This document shows positions 38,901 through 48,716 of a DNA stretch of 64,000 bases, piece by piece. Every line of letters starts with the position of its first letter. The first letter of the stretch is position 1. Position numbers and translations under genes: made by a program. Source of the stretch: Acidobacteriota bacterium (GTDB lineage Bacteria; Acidobacteriota; CAIWXX01); assembly GCA_040755995.1 (NCBI GenBank), contig JBFMAF010000008.1:96001-160000 (forward strand), given 5' to 3'. Under the pieces are notes generated by a model, which saw only the letters and a list, made by a program, of their open reading frames with translations, did no database searches and was not told where the DNA came from.

Positions 38901-39140
38901 CGGTGGCGAGGAAAGCTCTACGCGCATCCCGACGACGGGCTCGTCCTGGTACTGCCCAATCCGTTCAACTCGAAGAAGGTGCTCTACCTCCTCACCGCGA
39001 CGAGCGCTCTGGAGCTCTACCAGATGACGAAGACGCACACGACGGGCATCCCGTCGTGGGCCGTCTATCGCGGCGACGCAATCAAGGAACAGGGGTACCA
39101 TTCTGTCGATCGGTTCGTATTCGATACGGCCGCACCCTGA
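35925..39140 (+). CDS. Secreted multidomain hydrolase: CBM4/9-like + C45/phospholipase-B-like Ntn hydrolase + M1-aminopeptidase-like C-terminal region
   Basis: NPGFE...W...WFDD.EI; HIEG.PY.RGYQ.G, EMKGIADG, nucleophile KNR/CTGFSA, INSAG...GETT; KG.FALHQLR.LLG.E.F...W..RKGLP. Confidence 0.75.
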   Translation: MKLVLTRLARLLPLLLATLPCARAGASNGIALSNPGFEEPDGALAVPSGWSVDQAPASAENVIRLDRDVRRSGVTSLAIRNVVPASAAVTSEPVALEVGRLYRLSAWVKTQGALSDATSRYPTAVPACLTMASFPFTNHSPAIGADRDWTRVEVLFIATTARDRVRLHLGNNGTALGTAWFDDVEIDVVDDISELVVPETVRWVDLGFRFDDKGWIFVHIEGDPYRRGYQLGYLVADEIATYITKLATAENTKDPSAGWQSLRLLADSLLLRKYDEEYLTEMKGIADGAARAGAKFDDHPINLLDVVTVNSVVDLGQLKGGLRVAPTALTGRSFLSAEDEMKIPDDKNRCTGFSATTPATSDGRIVFGQIFMWAGYTGVHFNVMCDVVPTTGHRLVYQTFPGGIHSGTDFYINSAGIVIGETTVAQTPFDPEGTPQSNRIRKAAQYASSIDDVVRILREKNNGLYTNDWPIADIKTNEAAMYLLGTHKDKLWRSSDNPAPFGTPGFLWANNNARDPEVRKEYGVQPEDAPFDLVFSPWNRDVAFQEFYDGHKGKIDATAAVRLWASSPINRSHACDGKITTSEMAEKLVFLAHYGKVTLREKFPAKDNRRMPDLPGAIPHLSLGYSTVSPIFVADKMKELHARSPEARSAGADPTLKLDAVKDRYTVEKKRLWRGTMYPETDAVDWLISGSAAYWQMLNDLPEKQEDAFKSLRDKLADLNHRLLYVLSREDDLAPVDAMRVYDRYGPYQIPRIKGTFALHQLRLLLGNEEFLKAMDEVHRRYAGKNIGTEAFLSTVNRAAGRDLAPFVTQWIGRKGLPDVSPAVDVKKAGGRWRVTVEVKQGAEQYHLFTSVAVDAGKERVLKPIEIKGAKTHVEWTFAERPTRVVFDASNDIPVLTDNLYTWASYVDDFHSTLIVYGTSRQIEANHTLALRWQSTLADAYAEILSPVAKDCEVSDADLASHDLMLLGQPEDNSLVARIAPKLPVAFGKNYFRWRGKLYAHPDDGLVLVLPNPFNSKKVLYLLTATSALELYQMTKTHTTGIPSWAVYRGDAIKEQGYHSVDRFVFDTAAP

Positions 39141-39217
39141 GGCACAGCAACGCGTACGCTAGCTGCCAACGCTGATCAATCAACATAGCCATCCGGCTGG
39201 GCTATGATTATGGGGAA

Positions 39218-39409
39218 ATGCCCAGAGAGACCATGCTGAGAGAAACCAAGAGGTGGCAGCGTCCAAGGCGGGAGACGCTCTACAAGCTGCCGCTTGTGTT
39301 GGAGCCGCAGCCGGGTGGTGCATACAGGGTCAGTTGCCAATTCTTGCCGGAATCGATAGCGGAGGGGGACATGGTGTACGAGGCGATCGCCGACTTCTCC
39401 AGGTCGTAG
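39218..39409 (+). pseudogene. Truncated, degenerate HicB-like antitoxin (paralog of 53408-53692)
   Basis: LYKLPLVLEPQPGGAYRVSCQFLPESIAEGDMVYEAI versus LYKLPLVLEPQEGGGFTVTCPLLPELITEGDTVQEAI. Confidence 0.7.
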
Positions 39410-39412
39410 CCG

Positions 39413-39646
39413 GTGCACTTCCAGGTAATCGGGGAGATCACGGGCGTTGAGATCATTGCGGTGGGGAGGCGCATTCGAGAACTTGCACGGCTGCAGAAGT
39501 TGTACGGAAAGGGGCGATGGAGGAAGATGAAGGGCAGGGCGCTAGTTCGGCTGCCCACTGGACGGGTGCGACGGGCGGAGTTACACTGGTACGAAGCACA
39601 CGGGCTCGGCAGAAGAGAGCTCAAGCGAAAGAGGTACTTGGATTGA
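39413..39646 (+). CDS. Conserved-looking small basic hypothetical protein (putative toxin)
   Basis: 77 aa, Arg/Lys-rich; IRE..RL.K.YG.GRWRK.KG...AELHWYEAHG.G. Confidence 0.75.
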   Translation: MHFQVIGEITGVEIIAVGRRIRELARLQKLYGKGRWRKMKGRALVRLPTGRVRRAELHWYEAHGLGRRELKRKRYLD

Positions 39647-39888
39647 GAAGCATAATACAGAAACGCAGCGCTTCGCGGCAGTTCGCCGTCTGCGTGAGGA
39701 ACGAGGGCTACGAAGCCTCGCTCGAGCGCAACAAGATCTACGTAGTCCTCTCGGACGAGGAAGCGGAGAGGGACGGGGACATCCGCGTCGTGGATGAGAG
39801 CGGGGAGGACTACCTCTACCCAGCGGACTGGTTTGTTGCTATGCAGGTTCCAAAGGCCGTCCAGGAGTCGCTCCTCAAAGCATCCTGA
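39643..39888 (+). CDS. Conserved-looking small acidic hypothetical protein (putative antitoxin/immunity)
   Basis: TTGA start/stop overlap, GAGG RBS; FAVCV.N.GY.ASLE..KIY.V..D......IRVVDESGEDYLYP..WF. Confidence 0.75.
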   Translation: MRSIIQKRSASRQFAVCVRNEGYEASLERNKIYVVLSDEEAERDGDIRVVDESGEDYLYPADWFVAMQVPKAVQESLLKAS

Positions 39889-40158
39889 AATGGCTTGTGC
39901 CGTCGAGCTGGCTTCTCTGGCTGGCGACGGCGAGCCTGCGGGCCGCGGGTTAGCTCGCTCCCGGCTCATTGCTGAACCCATCAGCAGCTCCGCCACCTTC
40001 GCCAAGTCAGTTTGACATCTGTAGCCGCCGTTTCTACAATCGCTCCGCAGAATCGCGAACGGATCCAAGACGGACCTACCATAGTCGTTGAGCTTCGGCA
40101 GTGCGCCGTGTGCGCGCTGGAGCTTGCCGCAGTGAGGAAGAGACCCAAGGAGGGAGTG

Positions 40159-42105
40159 ATGCAAGCAAAAGGGATGCGCGCTTTCATGACAGTTATGGCT
40201 CTCGCAGCATGCGGAGCGGCGGTGCAGGGGCAGGGACTGCCGAGCAGCAACCCCGCGTGGCGGTGGCTGAATCCCTTGCCGCACGGAGACGCGATCTACA
40301 GTGCCAGTTTCATCGGTGCCTCCGAGGCATGGGTCGTGGGAATGTCGCGCGGGGCATACCACACGACCGATGGCGGGGAGACATGGACGGCCGCCAGATT
40401 CGGGCCGCCCCTCGGTTTCATGGACGTCGCATTCGCAGACAGCGGACACGGCTGGGTAGTCGGTCAGGACAGCGACGACTGGGACTATACGAGTGACTCC
40501 CTCATATGGCACACCTCCGATGGTGGGACAAGCTGGCAGCGGCAGTACCGCGCGGAGGGCGGCGGCGGTCTGGGTGCTGTGGCGTGCCTGAGTCGAAGTG
40601 TCGCGTTTGCAGTCGGACGGTTCGGCGCCGTGCTGAAGACTACCGACGGCGGTGAAACATGGTCAAAGACCAACGTGCCGGCTGGGGCCGCGAAGTACGA
40701 CTTCACCGACATCCAGTTCATCGGCCGCAAAGAAGCTTGGGTCATCGGATATGGATTCCCAAACATAGTCCTGCACACGCAGAACGGCGGGAATTCCTGG
40801 GAAATGCTTCCCATTGACGGCCCGCCCTCCGGGTGGTGGCTGTACAAGATCTATTTCACCAGCGCGACAGTAGGCTGGGCGATGGGCGACTTCGCCAGCA
40901 TCTGGCATACGACCGATGGGGGCAAGACCTGGGAAGAGCAGAAGGACCCGCATACGGGATTGAATGTGCAAGTCTGCGGCATGCAGTTCCTGGATGCCAC
41001 CAACGGCTGGGCAGCCACCACCGACGGCAGGATTCTGCGCACCACGAATGGCGGTGCCAAATGGAACATCAAGGCCTCCATGCCGCGATACGGCTTCCAC
41101 ACGCTCCACTTCTCTGACCCGCAGAGGGGCTGGATTTTTGGCGAAGAAGGTCTCGTCCTGCGGACCACCAACGGAGGCGCCTCCTGGCTGCGCCTCGGCA
41201 AAGGCACGATGCACCATCTACTGGACTTGGCATTCATGGATGCGTCAAACGGCTGGGTCGCGGGCTGGGGCGGGACAATCCTGCATACGAGCAACGGCGG
41301 CGAGGCGTGGACGAGGCAGAACACGGGCGTCACCGACAACCTCATCGGCGTCGACTTCGTTGATGCTCAGCATGGATGGGCCGTGGGATGGGGAGACTAT
41401 ATCCTCAGCACCACCGATGGTGGCAGGAGATGGAGCAAGTATGAAATCAGCTTCACGCCACCTACTTCCTTCTATTCCGTAGACTTCGTCGACCTGACAC
41501 ATGGCTGGGTCGTCGGCAGCAATGGCATTACCATGCGCACGACGGATGGCGGCGCCCTCTGGCTAGCCGGGGGATCGTCCACTGCCGATGACCTGGCGAA
41601 AGTGCAGTTCGTGGATACGCTGCACGGGTGGGCTGTGGGAACGAATGAGGGTGTCATCTTGCGCACGGTAGACGGCGGCAGTAGCTGGACGAGCACGATC
41701 CCGAAGTTCAGCAAGCTCCAGCAAGGCGCGAGCATGCAATCGGTCTGCTTCCTGAACACGCAGGAAGGTTGGGCGTGCGGCGCTTACAGCACGGGGATGG
41801 ATCTGTTCGGAGGCATCGTACACACGACCGACGGCGGGAAGACCTGGGTGCCCCAGCCAATCAGACCGGTCGTACTCCAGATCCTGAGCGCGATATCGTT
41901 CGTCGACAGCCAGAACGGCTGGGCAGCGGGTGAGCACGGGCTGCTTCTCAGCACGAAAGACGGCGGGCTTACTTGGACACAGGAGACGCGCCCCTGCCCG
42001 GACGAGTGGGTGCTCGGCCTCGAGTTCATCGACGCCAGAACCGGCTACCTCGTGGGGAGCAGCGGCACGATCCTGAAGACTACGACGGGTGGGCTTCAGC
42101 GGTAG
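40159..42105 (+). CDS. Secreted Ycf48-like/BNR repeat double beta-propeller protein
   Basis: Signal peptide; W.WLNPLPHG; about 14 repeats of 'F.D...GW.VG..G.IL.TTDGG.TW'. Confidence 0.88.
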   Translation: MQAKGMRAFMTVMALAACGAAVQGQGLPSSNPAWRWLNPLPHGDAIYSASFIGASEAWVVGMSRGAYHTTDGGETWTAARFGPPLGFMDVAFADSGHGWVVGQDSDDWDYTSDSLIWHTSDGGTSWQRQYRAEGGGGLGAVACLSRSVAFAVGRFGAVLKTTDGGETWSKTNVPAGAAKYDFTDIQFIGRKEAWVIGYGFPNIVLHTQNGGNSWEMLPIDGPPSGWWLYKIYFTSATVGWAMGDFASIWHTTDGGKTWEEQKDPHTGLNVQVCGMQFLDATNGWAATTDGRILRTTNGGAKWNIKASMPRYGFHTLHFSDPQRGWIFGEEGLVLRTTNGGASWLRLGKGTMHHLLDLAFMDASNGWVAGWGGTILHTSNGGEAWTRQNTGVTDNLIGVDFVDAQHGWAVGWGDYILSTTDGGRRWSKYEISFTPPTSFYSVDFVDLTHGWVVGSNGITMRTTDGGALWLAGGSSTADDLAKVQFVDTLHGWAVGTNEGVILRTVDGGSSWTSTIPKFSKLQQGASMQSVCFLNTQEGWACGAYSTGMDLFGGIVHTTDGGKTWVPQPIRPVVLQILSAISFVDSQNGWAAGEHGLLLSTKDGGLTWTQETRPCPDEWVLGLEFIDARTGYLVGSSGTILKTTTGGLQR

Positions 42106-42338
42106 TCACGCCTGCTGGCTAGACGGCGCCTGAAAATAAGTTGCAGGTAGGCTGAGCCACAAGTCCGCGCATGGATGTCCCGCGCTTCGGTCGGGGCAGA
42201 TCGAACCGTCCGGTTCCAGGGAAACGTCTCCACGCCTGCCTCCTCTCGATTCCAGCCCTGGGAACGGCCGCCATCACGATCCCGTGCGGTGAAGCGGCCG
42301 GTCCATCTACCGCAGCCAGGGGGACGGCGCGCAGGCCC

Positions 42339-42366
42339 TTGACAAATTAGTTTAGATGCATACATT
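42339..42366 (+). promoter_or_regulatory. Sigma70 promoter of marR with an overlapping operator
   Basis: TTGACA (42339-42344), 16 nt, TACATT (42361-42366); GTTTAGATGCATAC at 42350-42363. Confidence 0.65.
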
Positions 42367-42395
42367 ATATATATGAGCGTTAGCGAGGCTTGACG

Positions 42396-42869
42396 ATGTC
42401 ATTGCGAGAGGAGCTCGGCTTTCCCAGGCCTATCGAGAGCCGTGCGCATGAGACGGTCCTCGGCGTAATCCTGGCAGCGGACCTGCTGGCCAAGGAGTGC
42501 GCGCGGGTTGTGCGCCCATGCGGGCTGACCGAGGCTCAGTTCAATGTGCTGATGCTGCTGCGCTACCAGTCGGAGGAAGGCGGGCTGGATCAGAGTACCC
42601 TCGGCCGGATGTTGGTCGTCAACCGATCGAATGTGACCGGGCTGGTGGACCGGATGGAGCGGTCCGGATGGGTGAGACGGACCCCGGACGTGAGCGACAG
42701 GCGGGTGAAGCTGGTGCGCGTGACCCCGGCGGGGCTGAAGGTCCTGGCCCGGGCGGAGAAGGCGTACTTCCAGAGGCTTGAAGCCGTTGTCGGCGTCCTC
42801 GCCGTGGAGGAACGCAACACGCTGACCAGGGCCCTGGAGAAGCTGCGGCGCGAGCTCAATCGCGGCTAG
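42396..42869 (+). CDS. MarR-family transcriptional regulator
   Basis: GLTEAQFNVL..L, RSNVTGLVDRME..GWV.R.PD..DRR.K.V.VT..G. Confidence 0.93.
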   Translation: MSLREELGFPRPIESRAHETVLGVILAADLLAKECARVVRPCGLTEAQFNVLMLLRYQSEEGGLDQSTLGRMLVVNRSNVTGLVDRMERSGWVRRTPDVSDRRVKLVRVTPAGLKVLARAEKAYFQRLEAVVGVLAVEERNTLTRALEKLRRELNRG

Positions 42870-42921
42870 CTCGGTCGCGGGATGTTGGGGCGAGGCAGCG
42901 GGGATTATGATTCCTTAGATT

Positions 42922-42935
42922 GTTGATATGTAAAC
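42922..42935. promoter_or_regulatory. Second putative MarR operator
   Basis: GTTGATATGTAAAC, 2 mismatches to palindrome GTTTACATGTAAAC. Confidence 0.55.
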
Positions 42936-42964
42936 CGTATCTATCACAACAAAGGAGGTGTTGC

Positions 42965-44359
42965 ATGAGAATCCTCTTGGTGGCGCCCGCCAGCGGCAAC
43001 TGGCACCATGTCGGCCGTGCCGGTCTTTTCAGCGGCCGCGTCTTCCGTTTCTCCATGCTGAGCCTGCTGACCGTGGCCGCCGAGACCCCGCCTGGAGTCG
43101 AGCTCGACATCGTGGACGAACAGCTGGATGAGATTCGATCGAGTCGGAAGTACGACCTGGTGGGGATCTCCGTGATGACCGCCACTGCCCCACGCGCATA
43201 CGAGATCGCGAGATCGTTCCGGCGCATGGGCGTGCCCGTCGTACTCGGGGGGATGCACGCTTCCTTCATGCCCGAAGAGGCGCTTCAATATGGCGATGCC
43301 GTTTGCATCGGGGAGGCCGAAGGGGTCTGGCCCCAGGTCGTATCCGACGCGCGCGCCACCCGACTCAAGCCTGTCTATCGGGCGGATGCGCCTCATTCGC
43401 TCCGGGGGCTGAATCGTCCCCCTCGCCACCTCCTGGCCGGGCGCCGCTATGCCACCCTGCAGGCTGTGCAGGCGACCAGGGGATGTCCCCATCGCTGCGC
43501 CTTCTGCTCGGTCTCTGCGTTCCACGACGGGATGTTCCGGGCGCGGCCGGTGGGCCAGGTCTTGGACGAGGTCAAAGAGCTGCCGGGCCGGTTCTTCATC
43601 TTCGTGGACGACAGCCTGACAGCCGACCCCGACTATGCAAGGGCGCTGTTCGCGGGGCTGATACCTCTGGGAAAACACTGGATGAGCCAGGCCACGCTGG
43701 GCATCACGGACGATGCTGATCTGGTGCGGCTGGCCGCCGACTCCGGCTGTGTCGGTCTCTTCGTCGGGATCGAGACGTTCTCGAACAGAAATCTCGAGAG
43801 TGTCGAAAAGGGGTTCAACCGCGTGGACGAATACAGGGAGCGCGTGCGAATGCTCCATGCGAGCGGCATAGGGGTCGAGGCCGGCATCGTGTTCGGCTTC
43901 GATTCGGACGGGCCGGAGGTCTTCAGCGAGGCTCTCAGGCTCCTGGCCGAGCTCGAGATCGACATGATCCAGGTGTCCATCCTCACACCTCTCCCGGGGA
44001 CGCCGTGGTTCCGCGCGATGAGCGACCGTATCGTCGATCGCGACTGGACCCACTACGACTATCACCACGCAGTCTTCGAGCCGAAGCGCATGTCTCGGGA
44101 GCAGCTCAAGGCCGGCCACGACTGGATCACGTCTCAGTTCTACAGGCCGGATCGCATTCTCAAGAGACTCGCGAGACTGGCCGCGCGCGGCCGGTGCCGG
44201 CGGAGCCTGCCATACGCCGCAGCGCTCAATGGAGCCTACTACGGCCGCGTAAGACGATGGCACATTCGAGGTTGGATCCCGGCGGCGCTGGAAGTGCGGC
44301 CTCAATCCTCGCAGTCTCCTTCGACTCTACCATCCAAGCGGCGACTTGAACTGACATGA
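42965..44359 (+). CDS. B12-binding radical SAM protein
   Basis: AGGAGG RBS; DLVGIS..T..A.RAY, VVLGGMHASFMPEE, IGEAE; QATRGCPHRCAFC; FVGIE, GFDSD, LTPLPGT. Confidence 0.9.
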   Translation: MRILLVAPASGNWHHVGRAGLFSGRVFRFSMLSLLTVAAETPPGVELDIVDEQLDEIRSSRKYDLVGISVMTATAPRAYEIARSFRRMGVPVVLGGMHASFMPEEALQYGDAVCIGEAEGVWPQVVSDARATRLKPVYRADAPHSLRGLNRPPRHLLAGRRYATLQAVQATRGCPHRCAFCSVSAFHDGMFRARPVGQVLDEVKELPGRFFIFVDDSLTADPDYARALFAGLIPLGKHWMSQATLGITDDADLVRLAADSGCVGLFVGIETFSNRNLESVEKGFNRVDEYRERVRMLHASGIGVEAGIVFGFDSDGPEVFSEALRLLAELEIDMIQVSILTPLPGTPWFRAMSDRIVDRDWTHYDYHHAVFEPKRMSREQLKAGHDWITSQFYRPDRILKRLARLAARGRCRRSLPYAAALNGAYYGRVRRWHIRGWIPAALEVRPQSSQSPSTLPSKRRLELT

Positions 44360-44555
44360 CAACCAAGCGTTCTGACTTGAGTGCCAGCTAGACACGGCTC
44401 TGTCCGTTCGCGGTCGGGAGTCGTCAGCGTGGACAGAGCGCGCCGCGCCGTCGGGAGCCGAGCTGCCACGCCCCTCCGTCGGCTTGCCAGTTCTTCCACC
44501 CGCCCAGAATTCTCTGGAGACTCCGTCTTGTTGCGGCTAGTATGGGGCGTGCATC

Positions 44556-46484
44556 ATGCAGCCAAACCGCAATGATAGCCGCACAGAAAGCAGCGGGCAT
44601 CTCGCCGTCATCGAGTCGGTTCTTCGCATCCTGGTCCTGCTCACCGTGATTTCACTCGCGGCGCTCTCCAGCCGAGTGGTGTGTACATTGGCGACATCTC
44701 ACAGCGGATTGCCTTCCTGGGACATGGCTGTTCATGGATATGAGGGTGTAAGGCTGGCCCAGGCCATCAAGGCCGGCCAGCTTCTCGAATTCCTGTACCT
44801 AGTCGACCGCCAGTCTCTATGGCCTCCAGTTTTCCCGTTGTTGGAGTGCCCTGCGTTCGTAGCGGCAGGTTATGACTACGCCGTTCCTCGGGCGCTAGTC
44901 TCAGTTCTTTTTTCGATTTGCGTGCTGGTTGCATATTGGGCCGGAACGCAGCTCGATGATGACAACGGCCAAATCATCGGAGTGACCGCGGCAAGCATGA
45001 TGTGCATGAGTCCCATCTTCCTGGAGTACGGCACTCTCACGATGCTGGAAGTACCAGGGGCCTTGCTGCTGTTGCTGGCTGTGGGGTTTTACTTTCGTCA
45101 TGGGAGAAATGGAGAAACGAGGAGCGCAACTGCTGCATGCCTCGCAGGTGTCACGTTGTTTTTCTGCAAGTACAACTACGGGGTCTTCTTTCTGTTCGCG
45201 TTGCTGGCGAACGAGCTTAGCCGTCGAATGGGCAGCCTTGGCGGAGTTCGTTGGAGACACCATGCGTCCATCGTCGTGCGTCGTTGGCTCAAACCATTCC
45301 CCTTGTTCATCACGGCTTTGATCATCGTGATCATCGCCATACAGATGACCGGCGGGTGGATTCTTACGATCGGCGGCTGGAAGCTGAGCATTCGAGGTGT
45401 CGCCAATCCGATATACGTGCTCTTGGTGAGCACTCTCATCTGGCTGGTTCATAGGTATAGGAAGAACAGCGTCGGGTTCAAAAAGCATCTCGAGAGAATG
45501 CGACCGATCGAAAAGAGAATCCTCGCCGTCGTAGTCGTGCCCATTCTGATCTGGATGATTGACCCTCGCCATCTGCGAGATTTCGTAGGCTTCATGACCA
45601 ATCGTTCTTCCGGAATACCGATGTTCAGCCAGGAGAACCTTCTCTTCTACCCGCGTGCTTTCCTCAGTGAGTACAGCCCCGGACAGATCGTCGGACTGGT
45701 CGTGCTATCGATGGGCATCGCCGCCTTACTCCATTTTCGAAGGGCTGACATTCGCCTGCGCTTCCTGCTCATTGCCGAAGCGTTTGCCATTCTCGGTTCG
45801 ATCAGTCACCCATTCAAGGAGGCTCGCTTCTTCTTCATGGCCGCCCCGATTCTCTGGCTGGGATGTGGCGTGACCCTGGCCAGCGCGCTTCGATATGCGA
45901 CCCAGAACATGAGAGCGACAGCTCGTCGATTGATCCTTCTTGGTGTCTCAATCGCGATTGCCATGACCTCGACCGTCGGCATCCCCGCCCAGGGCCCAAT
46001 CGCGGATAGACTCGACCGAGACATGCCGCCCCGCAATATCTCGCCAGTGTTGGATCAAATAGCCAGGATCGCCGAGAGTACCAATGGCTCTGTGCTCCTG
46101 GGCACGTGGAATTGGTTCAGCCCGGCCCTTGTCGCATGGCATTGTCGGATCCGCTTTCCCGAGATGCCGGGCCACAGCATCCCCAAGGACATTTCGGATC
46201 TGACCGACGACCAATCACCAGAAGGGGTTGCGGATGCTATCTCGTCAACCGGCGGCATTGTCAAGATCCTCATACTCCATCCTATACCGCCGGCTCAGGC
46301 ATGGTTCACCAGCTTCATGCGCGAGAATGGCTGGCTCGAACCGGTTGGAGATGCGATCATGAGAGATCCTCGATTCGACCTGCGCGAGTCGAAGCGATTC
46401 CCCAAGGCAGGCTATGAGCTTCTGGTCTTCCGCAAGATTGTCAGAGGTGACAACGGGGAAAATGGAAGGAGTCTGAGGCGATGA
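44556..46484 (+). CDS. GT-C (ArnT/PMT-like) polytopic glycosyltransferase
   Basis: WD.A.H, WPP.FP, SP.F......MLE.P, CKYNYG, HPFKEARFF; many TM helices. Confidence 0.65.
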   Translation: MQPNRNDSRTESSGHLAVIESVLRILVLLTVISLAALSSRVVCTLATSHSGLPSWDMAVHGYEGVRLAQAIKAGQLLEFLYLVDRQSLWPPVFPLLECPAFVAAGYDYAVPRALVSVLFSICVLVAYWAGTQLDDDNGQIIGVTAASMMCMSPIFLEYGTLTMLEVPGALLLLLAVGFYFRHGRNGETRSATAACLAGVTLFFCKYNYGVFFLFALLANELSRRMGSLGGVRWRHHASIVVRRWLKPFPLFITALIIVIIAIQMTGGWILTIGGWKLSIRGVANPIYVLLVSTLIWLVHRYRKNSVGFKKHLERMRPIEKRILAVVVVPILIWMIDPRHLRDFVGFMTNRSSGIPMFSQENLLFYPRAFLSEYSPGQIVGLVVLSMGIAALLHFRRADIRLRFLLIAEAFAILGSISHPFKEARFFFMAAPILWLGCGVTLASALRYATQNMRATARRLILLGVSIAIAMTSTVGIPAQGPIADRLDRDMPPRNISPVLDQIARIAESTNGSVLLGTWNWFSPALVAWHCRIRFPEMPGHSIPKDISDLTDDQSPEGVADAISSTGGIVKILILHPIPPAQAWFTSFMRENGWLEPVGDAIMRDPRFDLRESKRFPKAGYELLVFRKIVRGDNGENGRSLRR

Positions 46485-46577
46485 GCAGGTCTCGTGGACG
46501 GGCGCAGGCGATGGCCGGACGGACCTCGCTCCCGTGGCGACCCGCCATGACCAGCTCCGAGCCCACACCTCCATCGA

Positions 46578-47195
46578 TCAGCCGGGCGGACGGAGGTTGT
46601 AGGCACGGATCTTGTCGATCAGGTCGGGCAACGGCATGCCGAGAGCTTCCGCCGCCTCGTCAAGATTCCAGGATGTGGCGGCCAGTGCGGCCTCGACGTA
46701 GGAAGCCTCGATCGCGAGTGGAGCGCCGGAATCCGGGATGCTGCCCGGCGCCACTGGTATCTCCGGCGAGACTACGAGGTCCGTACGGCATGACTCGCTT
46801 GCTGCATCATGCGGCTCGCACGTCGCTGCGCGCAGCCCGGCGGCGCAGTCGATCATCGACCGCAGCTCGTCGACATCGAACGGCTTGACGAGGTAGCCAA
46901 ACGCTCCGATCCGCTCCGCCTCCTCCGGAGAAACACGATCGCCATACGCCGTCATCAGGATGACGGCGGCCTGAGGCCGGCGCTCCTTCGCAGCCAGGAG
47001 AAGCTGGATTCCATCGGCGTCCGGCATCACAACGTCAGTCACGATCACCGAGAACTCCGTGGCCGTGAGGGCCTCGATCCCTTGCCTGCCGTCGGCCACG
47101 TCCGTGACGTCGTAGGAACCCTGGAGCGAGAGCTTCAGCGCGGCTCTCAGATGCTCCTCGTCCTCCGCCACCAGCACGCTCTTCCGAATCGTCAT
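46578..47195 (-). CDS. Response regulator: REC + degenerate Fis-type HTH, no AAA+ domain
   Basis: VAEDE, TDVVMP, MTAYG, KPFD; C-terminal E..YVEAAL..TSWNL.EAA.ALG. Confidence 0.8.
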   Translation of the reverse strand: MTIRKSVLVAEDEEHLRAALKLSLQGSYDVTDVADGRQGIEALTATEFSVIVTDVVMPDADGIQLLLAAKERRPQAAVILMTAYGDRVSPEEAERIGAFGYLVKPFDVDELRSMIDCAAGLRAATCEPHDAASESCRTDLVVSPEIPVAPGSIPDSGAPLAIEASYVEAALAATSWNLDEAAEALGMPLPDLIDKIRAYNLRPPG

Positions 47196-47369
47196 ACAGG
47201 TCCCCTCACACACCTGCAAGCATCGTGCCTGCTGACTGGGGAGGGCCGAGAATCATACATCTTGTTGAAAAACGCGCTGTCGGGCCCGCAGGCTCGATGA
47301 GACCGGGCACACAGGCTGGCTGGCGCCAGGGCGCCATCCACCGCTGCGAAATGGAAGCGTGCCCTCGCC

Positions 47370-48712
<1,343 letters not shown>

Positions 48713-48716
<4 letters not shown>

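Noticed and set aside
39889..40020. Integron attC site after the small gene pair (GTTAGC)
   Set aside because: No matching RYYYAAC R'' box or L-box pairing; no integrase in the window
42106..42338. Possible cobalamin riboswitch upstream of the marR/B12 radical SAM genes
   Set aside because: GGGAA is present, but no B12-box or other conserved core was seen
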